This document shows positions 9,174 to 19,329 of a stretch of DNA of 64,000 nt, in pieces. The stretch comes from an uncultured Syntrophorhabdaceae bacterium. GTDB lineage: Bacteria > Desulfobacterota > Syntrophorhabdia > Syntrophorhabdales > Syntrophorhabdaceae. The stretch is from contig CAZHHX010000019.1 in NCBI GenBank assembly GCA_964532465.1, positions 589-64,588 on the forward strand. Direction: 5' to 3'. Positions within the stretch are counted from its first letter, which is position 1; the number at the start of each line of letters is the position of its first letter. A program made the translations under genes and the position numbers. The notes below the pieces were generated by a model. The model was not told the DNA's origin. It made no database searches and saw only the letters and a list, made by a program, of their open reading frames with translations.

Positions 9174-10928
9174 TCACGCAAGGTTATCCAGCACTTCCTT
9201 CAGCATCTTCTCAAGCTTTGCCTCCTCGGTCTCATCGGCATATTTGGGTCTCTCCACATCAGGGAAGAGTCGGAATATACCGTTCATGATGACCTCCGCG
9301 TGGGGAGGGCAGCCTACCAGGGCTGTACCTTTGTCAGCGTGGTGAAGCTGGCAGATACCCATAAAAATATTAGTTTCACTCGGATCAACGTCAGCGCCCT
9401 CATAAGGGCCGAGAAAAATGTTCACTCTTGAATCAAAAGGCCGGTCGATCAGTAATCTGTTGGAATCTGCCGGATCAGGTTTCCGCAGTTTGTTGAGAAC
9501 AAAGTGAAGATATCCTCTGCAGCCGCCACAGGCATTTGCCGCATGGATTCTGAAGTCCCTGCCGCTCTCCAGATTAATATGGGGCTGTTTGAAAGGACTT
9601 GCCACCTTGTCTATAGAGGCGCCGAGAACTTCTATCCTCTCAGGCTCAATAGGGCCCAATCCCTGGAGGTATGCCAAAAGTACCGGAGGGGACATATGAG
9701 GGTCAAGACCCATAACCCGCATAGTAACAGCATCAACTGCCACAGGATTGTTTCCCCCTATGAGGAGATTCATCGTTTTCGGCGTACCCGAAACAGGTCC
9801 GAAATCCTCCTGTCCCACAATGCCGTCAATTATCGTCAGATGGGGCTTAACAACATGATGTATGTTTACAAGATTCTGCCAGAGGCCGAAGAAATGGGTC
9901 ATATACTTCTCAAGGGGAGGCATGGCGCCCTGAAGATTTTTAACTCCGAGAGAAACGCCTGCTGCGAAATGTATCTTCATAACAGGAATGCTTATGAGCA
10001 CATCAGCTTCCTCAATCGTCAGCGGAACTTTTCGGGATTTCATTCTCTTTCCCGCAGGAACCGATTTCTCTACAAGTTTGTCGGTATTTAAATCAATAAG
10101 ACTCACCTTGTTCGGGTCCAGATCAATCAGTTCGGGATATCCATAGACGTCAAACATCTTGCCGGTAGCGCTCCGGTTTATTGATGAGCCCTCGGCCACA
10201 ATGATTTTCCCGGCAACAGGCAGCAGCAGCTCAATGAGCCCCTTCAGGATACGGATATCCGTGACCACTCCGCCCACATACTTGCCTCCCGTCATGCCGT
10301 GGTCAGCCACCACATTCGGTTTGAGAACTACGGTCTGACCGGGTTTTACATATTTCCTTATGCCTCCGAGCCTGTTCAAAAGATTCAGCAGGGATGCCTT
10401 TATATCTTTTTCTGTCTGGGCTCCGGCAACCTCTTCGATAACTACCTGTTCTTTTTTGCGATAGGGCCTGGAAGGTTTATGCTCTTTCAGCCGCTCAAAA
10501 AACACGGATGTACTAAGCTCCATCCTGACCAGAGAAAGATCGAATGCTTTTATTTTTCTGGAAGGACGAAAACCGTATTCCACCAGTCGGTCAAACTTCT
10601 TTCTGTCTGCTTCCGCAATTTCGGCGGAGACAAGACTTTCCAATGCAATGAGCGCATCAATGGCTTTCGTAAAAATAACTGTCTCATTCTCTTTTGAATT
10701 CACAAATATATCTTCAATAGAACTAATAACTTTATTGTAAATAATCCAACCCACAGTCTTGTTATCTTCTCTGACAAGATAGACGGTAATGTCGCTGCTT
10801 TCACTCCACTGTTCCCATCTCGCATCAATATAAAGCAAACCGAGATCAGGTATTTTTGAATAGTATTCGACTAAGCCGCTTCTGAGAGAGGATGATAATT
10901 TTCCCTTTTTCAGTATTATTTCCGACAT
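9174..10928 (-). CDS. DUF362-domain protein with an N-terminal GNAT-like extension and C-terminal Cys motifs
   Basis: DUF362-like core VVLKPNVVADHGMTGGKYVGGVVTD...IIVAEGSS, and CGGCRGY plus C...GCPPH near the C-terminus. The ATG at 10928 has an AAGGAGA RBS; the ORF-track GTG at 11027 has none. Confidence 0.65.
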   Translation of the reverse strand: MSEIILKKGKLSSSLRSGLVEYYSKIPDLGLLYIDARWEQWSESSDITVYLVREDNKTVGWIIYNKVISSIEDIFVNSKENETVIFTKAIDALIALESLVSAEIAEADRKKFDRLVEYGFRPSRKIKAFDLSLVRMELSTSVFFERLKEHKPSRPYRKKEQVVIEEVAGAQTEKDIKASLLNLLNRLGGIRKYVKPGQTVVLKPNVVADHGMTGGKYVGGVVTDIRILKGLIELLLPVAGKIIVAEGSSINRSATGKMFDVYGYPELIDLDPNKVSLIDLNTDKLVEKSVPAGKRMKSRKVPLTIEEADVLISIPVMKIHFAAGVSLGVKNLQGAMPPLEKYMTHFFGLWQNLVNIHHVVKPHLTIIDGIVGQEDFGPVSGTPKTMNLLIGGNNPVAVDAVTMRVMGLDPHMSPPVLLAYLQGLGPIEPERIEVLGASIDKVASPFKQPHINLESGRDFRIHAANACGGCRGYLHFVLNKLRKPDPADSNRLLIDRPFDSRVNIFLGPYEGADVDPSETNIFMGICQLHHADKGTALVGCPPHAEVIMNGIFRLFPDVERPKYADETEEAKLEKMLKEVLDNLA

Positions 10929-11179
10929 GTCCGTCTCCTTTGTAGGAATGTTTTCCTTAATTGTTTTCAAGGTCTCTTTCTTGTAACCCTGTTCTATCCT
11001 TCTGCAATTATATTCAAAATTTATCACGAAATCAAGCTAAGGTCGCAACTGCAAACTTACTAAATTAACCAAATAAAGACGGAAATTGCCTCGAATTTCA
11101 TGTAAACTAACCTTTTCAGATTTACATTTCTTTTTCTCAATCAGGGCAGGTAATTCATGAATAAGGAGAAAAGATACAA

Positions 11180-12841
11180 ATGAATATTTTAATAAAAATG
11201 AAGTTCAGGCAATATCTTTTAACAGCAGGACTTATTCTGCTTCTCCTGACCGGCACAGCTCTTTCCGAGGAGACATCCTTTGAAAATGTAATTGTCCTGG
11301 TAGCAGACGGCATGGGTTCAACGCATACAACTGTTTCCCGCTGGTACAAAGGGTCTCCCCTTGCCCTTGACAGGATGTATCTGGGAGCTGTGAGAACTTA
11401 TGGGGCCGATTCCACTATCACCGATTCCGCGCCGGCTGTAACTGCCTTTGCCACAGGGCATAAAACATTCGATAAAATGATCGGTGTGCTGCCGGGAACT
11501 GTCACAATACCGGGTTTACAAAAAATATCCGATAATTTAATGTATAAACCGACGGCAAATGTTCTCGAAGGCGCGAAACTCTCAGGCAGGTCTGTCGGAA
11601 TTATTGCAACATCCAATATCCAGCATGCCACCCCTGCCGGATTTTCAGCACATTGGCCGGACAGGAAAAACTTCAATGAAATTGCAGAACAACAGGTGTA
11701 TCTGAATATGGACGTTGTACTGGGTGGAGGGAAAAGATACCTTGTAAATAAGGAAAAAGGGGGTACCCGTGTCGACGGGGAGGACCTCATGGAAGTCCTG
11801 AAGTCAAGGGGTTATGACTTTGTGGAGACAAAGGATGCAATGCTGAACAGCGCTTCAAGCAAACTATGGGGCATATTTGGCGATAATGCTATGGCCTATG
11901 AATTTGACCGGAGAATATTCCATCCCGAACAACCAACGCTTTCAGAGATGACAAAAAAAGCAATTGAAATACTGTCAAAAAATCCGAAAGGCTTCTTCCT
12001 CTTTGTTGAAGGAAGCAAGATCGATTGGGCTTCCCATGCAAATGACCCCATAGGGGTGATAAGCGATGTCCTTGCCTTCGACGACGCAGTGAAGGTCGCT
12101 CTGGATTTTGCGCAGGCAAAGGGGAAGACGATGGTGCTCGCCTTTTCCGACCACGGTACCGGCGGAATGTCCATAGGAAATAAGGCAACCAACAGCACTT
12201 ATTCTAAACTCTCTTACGATGCTGTTTTTGTCCCTTTAAAAAAAGCCCGGTTAACAGGTGAAGGTCTCGAAAGGGCAATGGCAAAGAATCCCTCGGACGA
12301 ACACATCAAAAAAATCATGCTGCAATATGCCGGAGTTGATGATCTGACAGAAGACGAGATTGATGCCGTAAAAAAAGCAAGGCCGGGCAGGATGAACTCA
12401 ACCACGGGTCCCATGATCAGCAGGAGGGCTAATATCGGCTGGACAACAACCGGACATACAGGCGAAGACCTGTTTTTCTATGTTTACGGCCTTAACAGGC
12501 CTATCGGTCTCATTGAAAACACCGATATAGCGCGCATAATTGCCAAAGCCATGGGTTTTAATCTGGCAGACATAGACAGAGAGCTTTTTGCGGATGCGCA
12601 GGAGGCTTTCGGAAGAATAGGGGCAAATGTAAAGACGGAGAATAGAGATCCCGCCAATCCGATACTTGTAGTGGAAAAGAAAGGCAAATACGCAGAAATA
12701 CCATTCAGTAAAGACATTATTAGAATTGGAACAGATCGAAAAGAATACAGGATGCAGGGGGTAACGATCTTCTCCCCGCGGACAAAGAAAGTGTATATTC
12801 CGCAACAGGCAGTATCTATTTTTGAGAAAGAAACAAAATGA
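11180..12841 (+). CDS. Alkaline phosphatase (PhoA family), secreted, with C-terminal extension
   Basis: Signal-peptide-like N-terminus. Motifs VLVADGMGSTH and TDSAPAVTAFATGHKT (active-site Ser). Confidence 0.85.
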   Translation: MNILIKMKFRQYLLTAGLILLLLTGTALSEETSFENVIVLVADGMGSTHTTVSRWYKGSPLALDRMYLGAVRTYGADSTITDSAPAVTAFATGHKTFDKMIGVLPGTVTIPGLQKISDNLMYKPTANVLEGAKLSGRSVGIIATSNIQHATPAGFSAHWPDRKNFNEIAEQQVYLNMDVVLGGGKRYLVNKEKGGTRVDGEDLMEVLKSRGYDFVETKDAMLNSASSKLWGIFGDNAMAYEFDRRIFHPEQPTLSEMTKKAIEILSKNPKGFFLFVEGSKIDWASHANDPIGVISDVLAFDDAVKVALDFAQAKGKTMVLAFSDHGTGGMSIGNKATNSTYSKLSYDAVFVPLKKARLTGEGLERAMAKNPSDEHIKKIMLQYAGVDDLTEDEIDAVKKARPGRMNSTTGPMISRRANIGWTTTGHTGEDLFFYVYGLNRPIGLIENTDIARIIAKAMGFNLADIDRELFADAQEAFGRIGANVKTENRDPANPILVVEKKGKYAEIPFSKDIIRIGTDRKEYRMQGVTIFSPRTKKVYIPQQAVSIFEKETK

Positions 12842-12889
12842 ACTATTATATGCCTGTTCACATACATCCGGGCTACACGATAGTCTCTA

Positions 12890-14512
12890 TCACAGAATAA
12901 AGTCCGTTGAAAGAAATCGGGAACGCCGTTCCTTCAAAATTGACTTAATGATCCCTCGATTCGCGTCAGTCTCCTTGGCAGCCACAAGCGTCCGGATAGT
13001 AAAAACCCTCAGCGCGTCCGAAACGGACAAAGTGCCTTCCGCGGAGTCCTTTCTCCCGGTGAAAGGAAATATGTCGGGGCCGCGCTGGCACTGACTGTTT
13101 ATGTTGACGCGGCACACCTGATTAACCAGCGGATCTATGAGGCCGGCGATAAGCTCCGGATCGCTTCCAAAAAGGCTGACCTGCTGCCCGTAGTCTGATT
13201 GAGTTATATAGTCCATGGGCTCTTCAATATCATTAAATCGGGCAATGGGGACAACGGGTCCGAACTGTTCCTCGGAATACAGTCTCATTCCCGGTCCAAC
13301 CGGATAGATAACTGCCGGGGACATAAAGGTGTGATTCACGATACCGCCTTTTTCATTCATCAGGCGCGCGCCTTTTGCACGCGCGTCATCAATCAGTTCA
13401 GTGAGATACTTCGTCTTGTCATCTTCCGGCAGCGGTGTAATCTGGACGCCGGTTTCCCAGGGCATCCCGCTTTTAAGCCTGTCTACAGCTTCACTGAATT
13501 TTGTTATAAAGGCATCGGCAATTTCCTCATGAACAAAAAGCATCTTAAGGGCTGTACAGCGCTGGCCGTTAAAAGAAAGGGACCCCAGAACACATTCTTT
13601 CACCGCATTGTCTATGTCGGCATCTTTCAGGACAATGCCCGCATTCTTGGCTTCGAGTCCGAGCACGCAGCGCAGGCGATGCGGTTTCGGATGCTGCTTC
13701 TTTAGAGTATCAGCAACCCGGCTGCTGCCGATAAATGCCAATACATCAATTCTTCCGGATTTCATAAGAGGGCCTATGACTTTGCGTCCTTCACCATAAA
13801 CGGTGTTAATAACACCCTTGGGGAAGGAATCCCTAAATGCTTCAAGAAGCGGTTTGTGAAGCAGAACTCCCAGCTTCGGCGGTTTGAAAATCACGGCATT
13901 TCCCATGATAAGCGCTGGAATCAAGGTTGTAAAGGTTTCATTGAGGGGGTAGTTAAAAGGTCCCATGCACAGTACCACTCCGAGGGGCGCACGGCGAATC
14001 TGCCCGATTACACCCTCTTCGATAACAAAACGTGACGATACGCGATCCAGATCCTTAAGAGCATCAATAGTGTCCCTCATGTAATCGATTGTCCTGTCGA
14101 ACTCCTTCCCGGCATCGGGCAGCGTCTTTCCAATCTCCCACATGAGGAGTTTGACAACATCTTCCCGTTGTTCCTTCATCCGGTAGACAAATGCTTCTAC
14201 ATGCTTAATCCGTTCCTCGACAGACATAGTCGGCCATGCTCCCCGCCCGTGATCATAGGCCCTGCCTGCCGCGTCAAGAGCCTCCAATGCCTGCTGCTCC
14301 TTCAACAGGGGATAGCTGCCGATTCGCTTTTGACGAACAACACCGTCGATTACTTCACATATGGGAGAGAGCACGTCCTGCTGCGGACCGGTCCATTCTC
14401 TGATTGAGCCGTCACAGAGGTATTGGCGCTGTTCTATAGGGGAAACAATGCGATATTCCTCAGGCACTGAATCCTCGGTTGCAAGGGTCGGCGTAAATAT
14501 CTCATCATTCAT
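12890..14512 (-). CDS. Aldehyde dehydrogenase family protein, non-phosphorylating GapN-like
   Basis: 540 aa. Catalytic-Cys context FNGQRCTALK and LGLEAKNAG Glu motif. RBS AAGGAGA. Confidence 0.75.
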   Translation of the reverse strand: MNDEIFTPTLATEDSVPEEYRIVSPIEQRQYLCDGSIREWTGPQQDVLSPICEVIDGVVRQKRIGSYPLLKEQQALEALDAAGRAYDHGRGAWPTMSVEERIKHVEAFVYRMKEQREDVVKLLMWEIGKTLPDAGKEFDRTIDYMRDTIDALKDLDRVSSRFVIEEGVIGQIRRAPLGVVLCMGPFNYPLNETFTTLIPALIMGNAVIFKPPKLGVLLHKPLLEAFRDSFPKGVINTVYGEGRKVIGPLMKSGRIDVLAFIGSSRVADTLKKQHPKPHRLRCVLGLEAKNAGIVLKDADIDNAVKECVLGSLSFNGQRCTALKMLFVHEEIADAFITKFSEAVDRLKSGMPWETGVQITPLPEDDKTKYLTELIDDARAKGARLMNEKGGIVNHTFMSPAVIYPVGPGMRLYSEEQFGPVVPIARFNDIEEPMDYITQSDYGQQVSLFGSDPELIAGLIDPLVNQVCRVNINSQCQRGPDIFPFTGRKDSAEGTLSVSDALRVFTIRTLVAAKETDANRGIIKSILKERRSRFLSTDFIL

Positions 14513-14868
14513 TGCAGCATCTCCTTTCTGTTTTTAACGAACATAACGTGTCTCCGTACTTCATAAAAAACATTTCATAAAAAATTTTCATACCTACATT
14601 CACTGTGAATGTAAAATTTACTCAATTATCAAAACCAAAGCCTGTATTGACTTTACGTGGATTTTACCTTTTACAGCAACAGTTGCTGAAAATGTTTCAG
14701 ACACAGTGTCTGATAAGTCTTATTATTGAAGATTTGTGACTGTTTATTTTACTTCCCGCACGCTTTCCAGTCTGAAGAGTCTGATACCGGAAAGCGTTTG
14801 TTCTGATTCGAGACCAGAAGAAAGATGCCGCTGACAAAATAAAACATTGCCGCGAATAAAACCAATTA

Positions 14869-14970
14869 ATACCAAGTCGCGGCCAAACATTATATGTATG
14901 AATTACCGGGCATAATACCAAGTAAGCTTTCAATAAAATCATAGTTTATTGTTTGAAAGCAACTTGGTAT
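14869..14970 (-). repeat. Dispersed repeat family 2, copy A (3'-end hairpin element)
   Basis: About 100 nt that hand-aligns with 51332-51428. It contains ATACCAAG twice plus inverted CTTGGTAT. It starts 10 nt after the stop of the minus-strand gene 14981-16210. Confidence 0.8.
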
Positions 14971-14980
14971 AAGATAATGC

Positions 14981-16210
14981 CTATGGGGAAATCTCTTCTT
15001 CTGTCAGATAGCACTGCGGGTCTTCTGCCCACACGTCGCCCGTAAATGCTTCAGCCCTGACCCTGAAATTTCCGGCGCATATATTCAGCCATCGGCACCT
15101 TGCGCATCTGCCTTTCACAAAACGCTTCTTATCCTTCAGCTTTGCCATAAGTTCGTTGGAGGAATCTGTCCATATTTTGCTGAAGGGTCTTTCTCTAACA
15201 TTGCCAAAGGCATAATGCCTCCAGAATTGGTCCGCATGGATATACCCTTCTTCATCCACACAGGCAATGCCCTTGCCTGACGCATTCCCTTCATTCATCA
15301 TAAGAAGTTCATATACCTCTTCAGCCCTTTTTCTGTTCTCATTTAAAAGTCGAAGATATATGTAGGCGCCATCGGCGTGGTTGTCAACAGTAAGCACTTC
15401 GATGGGGTTGCCTTTGTCAAAAAAGGATTTTGTTCGGTCCAGAATATAATCAACAACTTTTCTTGACTTATCGTGAGGGAGGTCTTCAGCAATCAGCTTT
15501 GAGCCTCTTCCCGCATATACGAGGTGATAGAAGCAAACCCGCTCTATGCCTTCTTCCTCAATAAGGTCAAAAACCTTTGGAATCTCCTTGTAATTTCTTC
15601 TATTTATCGTGAATCGCAAACCTACCTTTATTCCTGCCTTTTTTGCGTTCCTGATCCCGGTTATGGCACGCCCGAAAGCCCCTTTAACACCCCTGAAGGA
15701 ATCATTTATTTCTCCGATGCCGTCAATACTGACTCCTACATAGGAGAGTGAAAATTCTGAAAACATCTGCGCTTTTTCCTGCGTAATGAGGGTGCCGTTC
15801 GTTGAGATGACTGCCCGCATCCCTTTTTTTACCGCGTAGCCGATAAGGTGGGGCAGGTCATCCCGCAGCAGAGGCTCGCCGCCGGAAAAAAGGATTACAG
15901 GCACGCCAAAAGAAGCAAGGTCATCTATCAACTTTATGCCTTCATGTGTTGAAAGCTCCTTTCCTTTGTATCCTTCATCTTCAGCAAAGGCATAACAGTG
16001 TACACACTTCAGATTACACCGTTTTGTCATATTCCATACAACTACCGGTTTTTTATCCTGGGAAAACTGCAGCAGATGCGAAGGCAGCTTTGACGAATCT
16101 CTGCCGTACCTGAGGGGGTCTGATGCCTCAACGACCCCGCAATACAACTTGGATATGCCGATCATTCTGTTATTTTGTACATAAAAGGATAAAATGTCAA
16201 CACAGATCAT
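14981..16210 (-). CDS. Radical SAM/SPASM protein, NirJ/AhbC/AhbD-like
   Basis: CNLKCVHCY (CX3CX2C), the N-terminal ISKLYCG...DPLRYG...LLQFS pattern I associate with NirJ/Ahb proteins, and a C-terminal Cys-rich SPASM-like region. The start may instead be M16 at 16165. Confidence 0.7.
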   Translation of the reverse strand: MICVDILSFYVQNNRMIGISKLYCGVVEASDPLRYGRDSSKLPSHLLQFSQDKKPVVVWNMTKRCNLKCVHCYAFAEDEGYKGKELSTHEGIKLIDDLASFGVPVILFSGGEPLLRDDLPHLIGYAVKKGMRAVISTNGTLITQEKAQMFSEFSLSYVGVSIDGIGEINDSFRGVKGAFGRAITGIRNAKKAGIKVGLRFTINRRNYKEIPKVFDLIEEEGIERVCFYHLVYAGRGSKLIAEDLPHDKSRKVVDYILDRTKSFFDKGNPIEVLTVDNHADGAYIYLRLLNENRKRAEEVYELLMMNEGNASGKGIACVDEEGYIHADQFWRHYAFGNVRERPFSKIWTDSSNELMAKLKDKKRFVKGRCARCRWLNICAGNFRVRAEAFTGDVWAEDPQCYLTEEEISP

Positions 16211-16489
16211 GGGTCAAGCGCATTTAGGACAATATTCCCTACCCGTAAACCCATTGATCTCAGGTTCAAAGAGAAAGGTTTGGACATGCCATCAAAAGCC
16301 TGATAAATGAATGGTTTGAATAGTAATGCAAATTATTCTCGTAATATTCTTCAGTTAAGGTATTTATAGTTATGCTGTAAAAAGGGGCAACATAATTATA
16401 TTACAGATATGTTCATGAAGATAAGAATTGACACATCTATTCACTTTTTTTATACTTAGTCTATTATAAAAATAATTTCCAATAAGCTA

Positions 16490-17170
16490 ATGGAATTTCA
16501 ACTGGACATGCGTCGCACTCAGCAATATGACATGTTTATGCGTCTGCCCATCATCGCGATATCATCTTTTTTCTTGTGGAGAGATTTTAATTCCTTACGT
16601 GGTTTTGTCATTACTCATCCGTTTTTTGATGGAGACTGGAATTTTTTGATCAGTCTTTCCGCCCGTATCGGCATGATCTTTTTTTTAGTTCTGCTGGTGG
16701 TTTTTCATGCCGCACGCTACAGGTCGGTCTCCGGTTACACAACATTCAGTCCCAGAATCGCAGCATTAATGGGCATGGGCCTGGCATATTTGCTGCTTTT
16801 GTTCCCGCGCGCAGATCAGCAGGTCTGGTATGATCTTGCCTCGTCAACACTGCTTTTTATAGGCAATTTTCTATGTTTGATTTCTGTGACAACTCTTGGA
16901 CGTTCTCTCAGTATTATGCCGGAGGCAAGAAAACTTGTCACCGATGGCGTCTACACTCACATCCGCCATCCGCTTTATCTTGCTGAAATGATATCCGATC
17001 TTGGTATTTTGCTTCAGTATCGTTCGTTCATAACAGTTGTGATCCTGATGGCAGTGTTTTATTTCCAATTGCGCCGTATTCATTGGGAAGAACAGATTCT
17101 TGCCGAGACTTTCCCGGAATATAAAATCTACAGATGCACTTCATGGCGGCTGTTGCCTCGAATTTATTGA
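16490..17170 (+). CDS. Isoprenylcysteine carboxyl methyltransferase (ICMT)/phospholipid methyltransferase family membrane protein
   Basis: Multi-TM protein with signature GVYTHIRHPLYLAEMISDLGILL. Confidence 0.75.
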   Translation: MEFQLDMRRTQQYDMFMRLPIIAISSFFLWRDFNSLRGFVITHPFFDGDWNFLISLSARIGMIFFLVLLVVFHAARYRSVSGYTTFSPRIAALMGMGLAYLLLLFPRADQQVWYDLASSTLLFIGNFLCLISVTTLGRSLSIMPEARKLVTDGVYTHIRHPLYLAEMISDLGILLQYRSFITVVILMAVFYFQLRRIHWEEQILAETFPEYKIYRCTSWRLLPRIY

Positions 17171-17619
17171 TGTATTCTTTCATCGGGTTGGCATTGGCCT
17201 ACATAAATATAATAGTAGCGGCCGTTTATATTTCAATTAAATTATTGCCGCAGACGGGGTTTTATCCCTGTATAAATGCAACATCGCACGAATCGTTGAA
17301 TATTGAGTTTATATACCAAGGACATACCAGCATCACATCATGCAAGCAGCGTTTACAGACAGTGGAAAATGCGATGAGACTTGCCTGTCCGACGTGCAGG
17401 ATTGAGGCTGGTTGTTCATCGGGTTTGGACAAAGATCAGCGGCGGAAGCTGACAAGCTTGCCGCTTGCTCAACCTTCTATAAAACTATCGGAGGGCGTGT
17501 TGGTTTTCGTCTCACCATATCCTGAAATAGCCGGCACAGCTTGCATTCAGACTGGGGAACAATTAAAAAAGATTGGCGGACGCTGTTTTATGCCCAATCA
17601 GGGAAGACCGCGGTACTGA
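17170..17619 (+). CDS. Hypothetical membrane-anchored Cys-containing protein
   Basis: The ATG overlaps the ICMT stop (TGATG). One N-terminal TM segment (MYSFIGLALAYINIIVAAVYISI). No family recognised. Confidence 0.4.
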   Translation: MYSFIGLALAYINIIVAAVYISIKLLPQTGFYPCINATSHESLNIEFIYQGHTSITSCKQRLQTVENAMRLACPTCRIEAGCSSGLDKDQRRKLTSLPLAQPSIKLSEGVLVFVSPYPEIAGTACIQTGEQLKKIGGRCFMPNQGRPRY

Positions 17620-17796
17620 TAGAGGAAATGTGTTTCAACATAAAAAAGGCATGCCTGTTATAACTTATCCATTAAGTTTAATTCCCTATCTGCCTCTGAA
17701 ATAATTTATATATGCCCGAAGAACTTTTTTTTATAACTCTGATTGTTGTATAATTAATCAGAGTTATAAAACCTGCATTAAAGGAGTATTAAAGAC

Positions 17797-19077
17797 ATGC
17801 CTTTTTTAGAAATTATTTCCGTAATAATTCTTTTAATCCTGAACGGCATTTTTTCAGCAGGAGAAATGGCCATTGTTTCCCTGAGAAAAAGTGAGATAAG
17901 TGAGATGGTGAAGGAAAAAAAAGAAAAAAGAGCCGATGCGTTGCTCGAAATGAAGGAAAATCCGGAAGGATTCCTCTCCGCAGTGCAGATCGGCATTACT
18001 TTATTCGGCACCCTTGCATCTGCTATAGGAGGCGTCTTTTCGGTAAAGTACCTCAAGCCGTTGTTTGACGATATACCTTTTATCCGGGCCATAAGCGATA
18101 CAGTTTCTCTCGCAATTGTAGTAGTTGTATTAACATATTTTTTCCTTATTATCGGTGAGCTTGTGCCGAAATATATCGGCATTAATTATAAAAAACGTGT
18201 TGCCCTGTGGGTTACGCCCTTATTCGGTTTTACCTCCAGGTTTTTCTTTATTTTTGTGAATCTTATGTCGCTCTCTACAATGTTCGTAGTGCAAAATCTT
18301 AATCTGAAAAAACGTGAAGAGCATTTCGGAGAGGGTGAAATAAAAATATTGCTGGAGGAGGGCAGGAGGAAAGGTATTTTTGATAAGACAGAAGAGGAGT
18401 TAATCCATGGTGTATTTGAATTTGCCGACAAGTCGGTAAAAGATGTTATGGTTCCCAAACCGAATATTTACAGCATCAATATTGAAGACACCAAAGAAAC
18501 CATCATGGAATATATCGTTGAAAACGAATTTTCCCGTTACCCTGTTTACAAGCACAATCTTGATAACATTGCAGGCATTGTTTATCTAAAAGACATCTTT
18601 AAGCAGATGTGGGGTCAGCAGGCAGATTTCAATCTGGAAAAACTGGTAAGAAAGCCTTATTTTGTGCCTGATACAATGAAGGTGAACGTCTTGTTGAAGG
18701 AGATGCAAAAAAGACGTCAGCACCTTGCTGTTGTTATTGATGAATACGGAACAACCATTGGCATTGTTACGCTTGAAGATCTTATGGAAGAAGTATTCGG
18801 GGAAATTATGGATGAGACAGACGTGGACAATAGAATAGAAAGACTAAGGGACGGCGCTATTATTATTGATGCCTCCTATTCTGTCAGGGACCTGAACAAC
18901 AGGTTGAATATCAATCTGCCGGAATCCCCTGATTATGAGACCCTCGGTGGATTTATTCTTATCCGGCTACAGGATATTCCCAGAGGCGGAGAGATAATTC
19001 ATCATGGGGCGCAGAGATTCACTGTAGTGGGCTTAGAGGGAAGAAGAATCACAAAAGTTAAACTCGACAAACCCTGA
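17797..19077 (+). CDS. CNNM/TlyC-family hemolysin-like protein (DUF21 + CBS pair + CorC_HlyC)
   Basis: 426 aa with an N-terminal TM domain, a central CBS region and C-terminal HLAVVIDEYGTTIGIVTLEDLMEEVFGEI. Confidence 0.85.
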   Translation: MPFLEIISVIILLILNGIFSAGEMAIVSLRKSEISEMVKEKKEKRADALLEMKENPEGFLSAVQIGITLFGTLASAIGGVFSVKYLKPLFDDIPFIRAISDTVSLAIVVVVLTYFFLIIGELVPKYIGINYKKRVALWVTPLFGFTSRFFFIFVNLMSLSTMFVVQNLNLKKREEHFGEGEIKILLEEGRRKGIFDKTEEELIHGVFEFADKSVKDVMVPKPNIYSINIEDTKETIMEYIVENEFSRYPVYKHNLDNIAGIVYLKDIFKQMWGQQADFNLEKLVRKPYFVPDTMKVNVLLKEMQKRRQHLAVVIDEYGTTIGIVTLEDLMEEVFGEIMDETDVDNRIERLRDGAIIIDASYSVRDLNNRLNINLPESPDYETLGGFILIRLQDIPRGGEIIHHGAQRFTVVGLEGRRITKVKLDKP

Positions 19078-19329
19078 AGAAACCGCCACATCATCGACAG
19101 TTAAGATATTTATTTTATCTGACGATAATACATAGATGGAATAAATGTGCTACAATATAGTAATATATCTTCAATCTTTGTGGATATTTTGACATAAATT
19201 GTAGGAGGAGTTGAAAAAAAGCGTGTTTTTTCAAGTAAATTGAACGGCACTAAAATTGCAATTTTTATGATGTATAATGAAAGCAAGGATTATTAATATA
19301 GTATTTTTTATTAATATGGAGGAAAGAAT

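Noticed and set aside
14697-14942. 81-aa minus-strand ORF.
   Set aside because: It overlaps the repeat family 2 element, and the second copy of that element has no equivalent frame. No RBS.
17134-17169. ORF-track start of the 161-aa ORF inside the ICMT gene.
   Set aside because: The in-frame ATG at 17170, overlapping the ICMT stop (TGATG), gives a sensible TM-first protein. The upstream extension overlaps the ICMT coding sequence.
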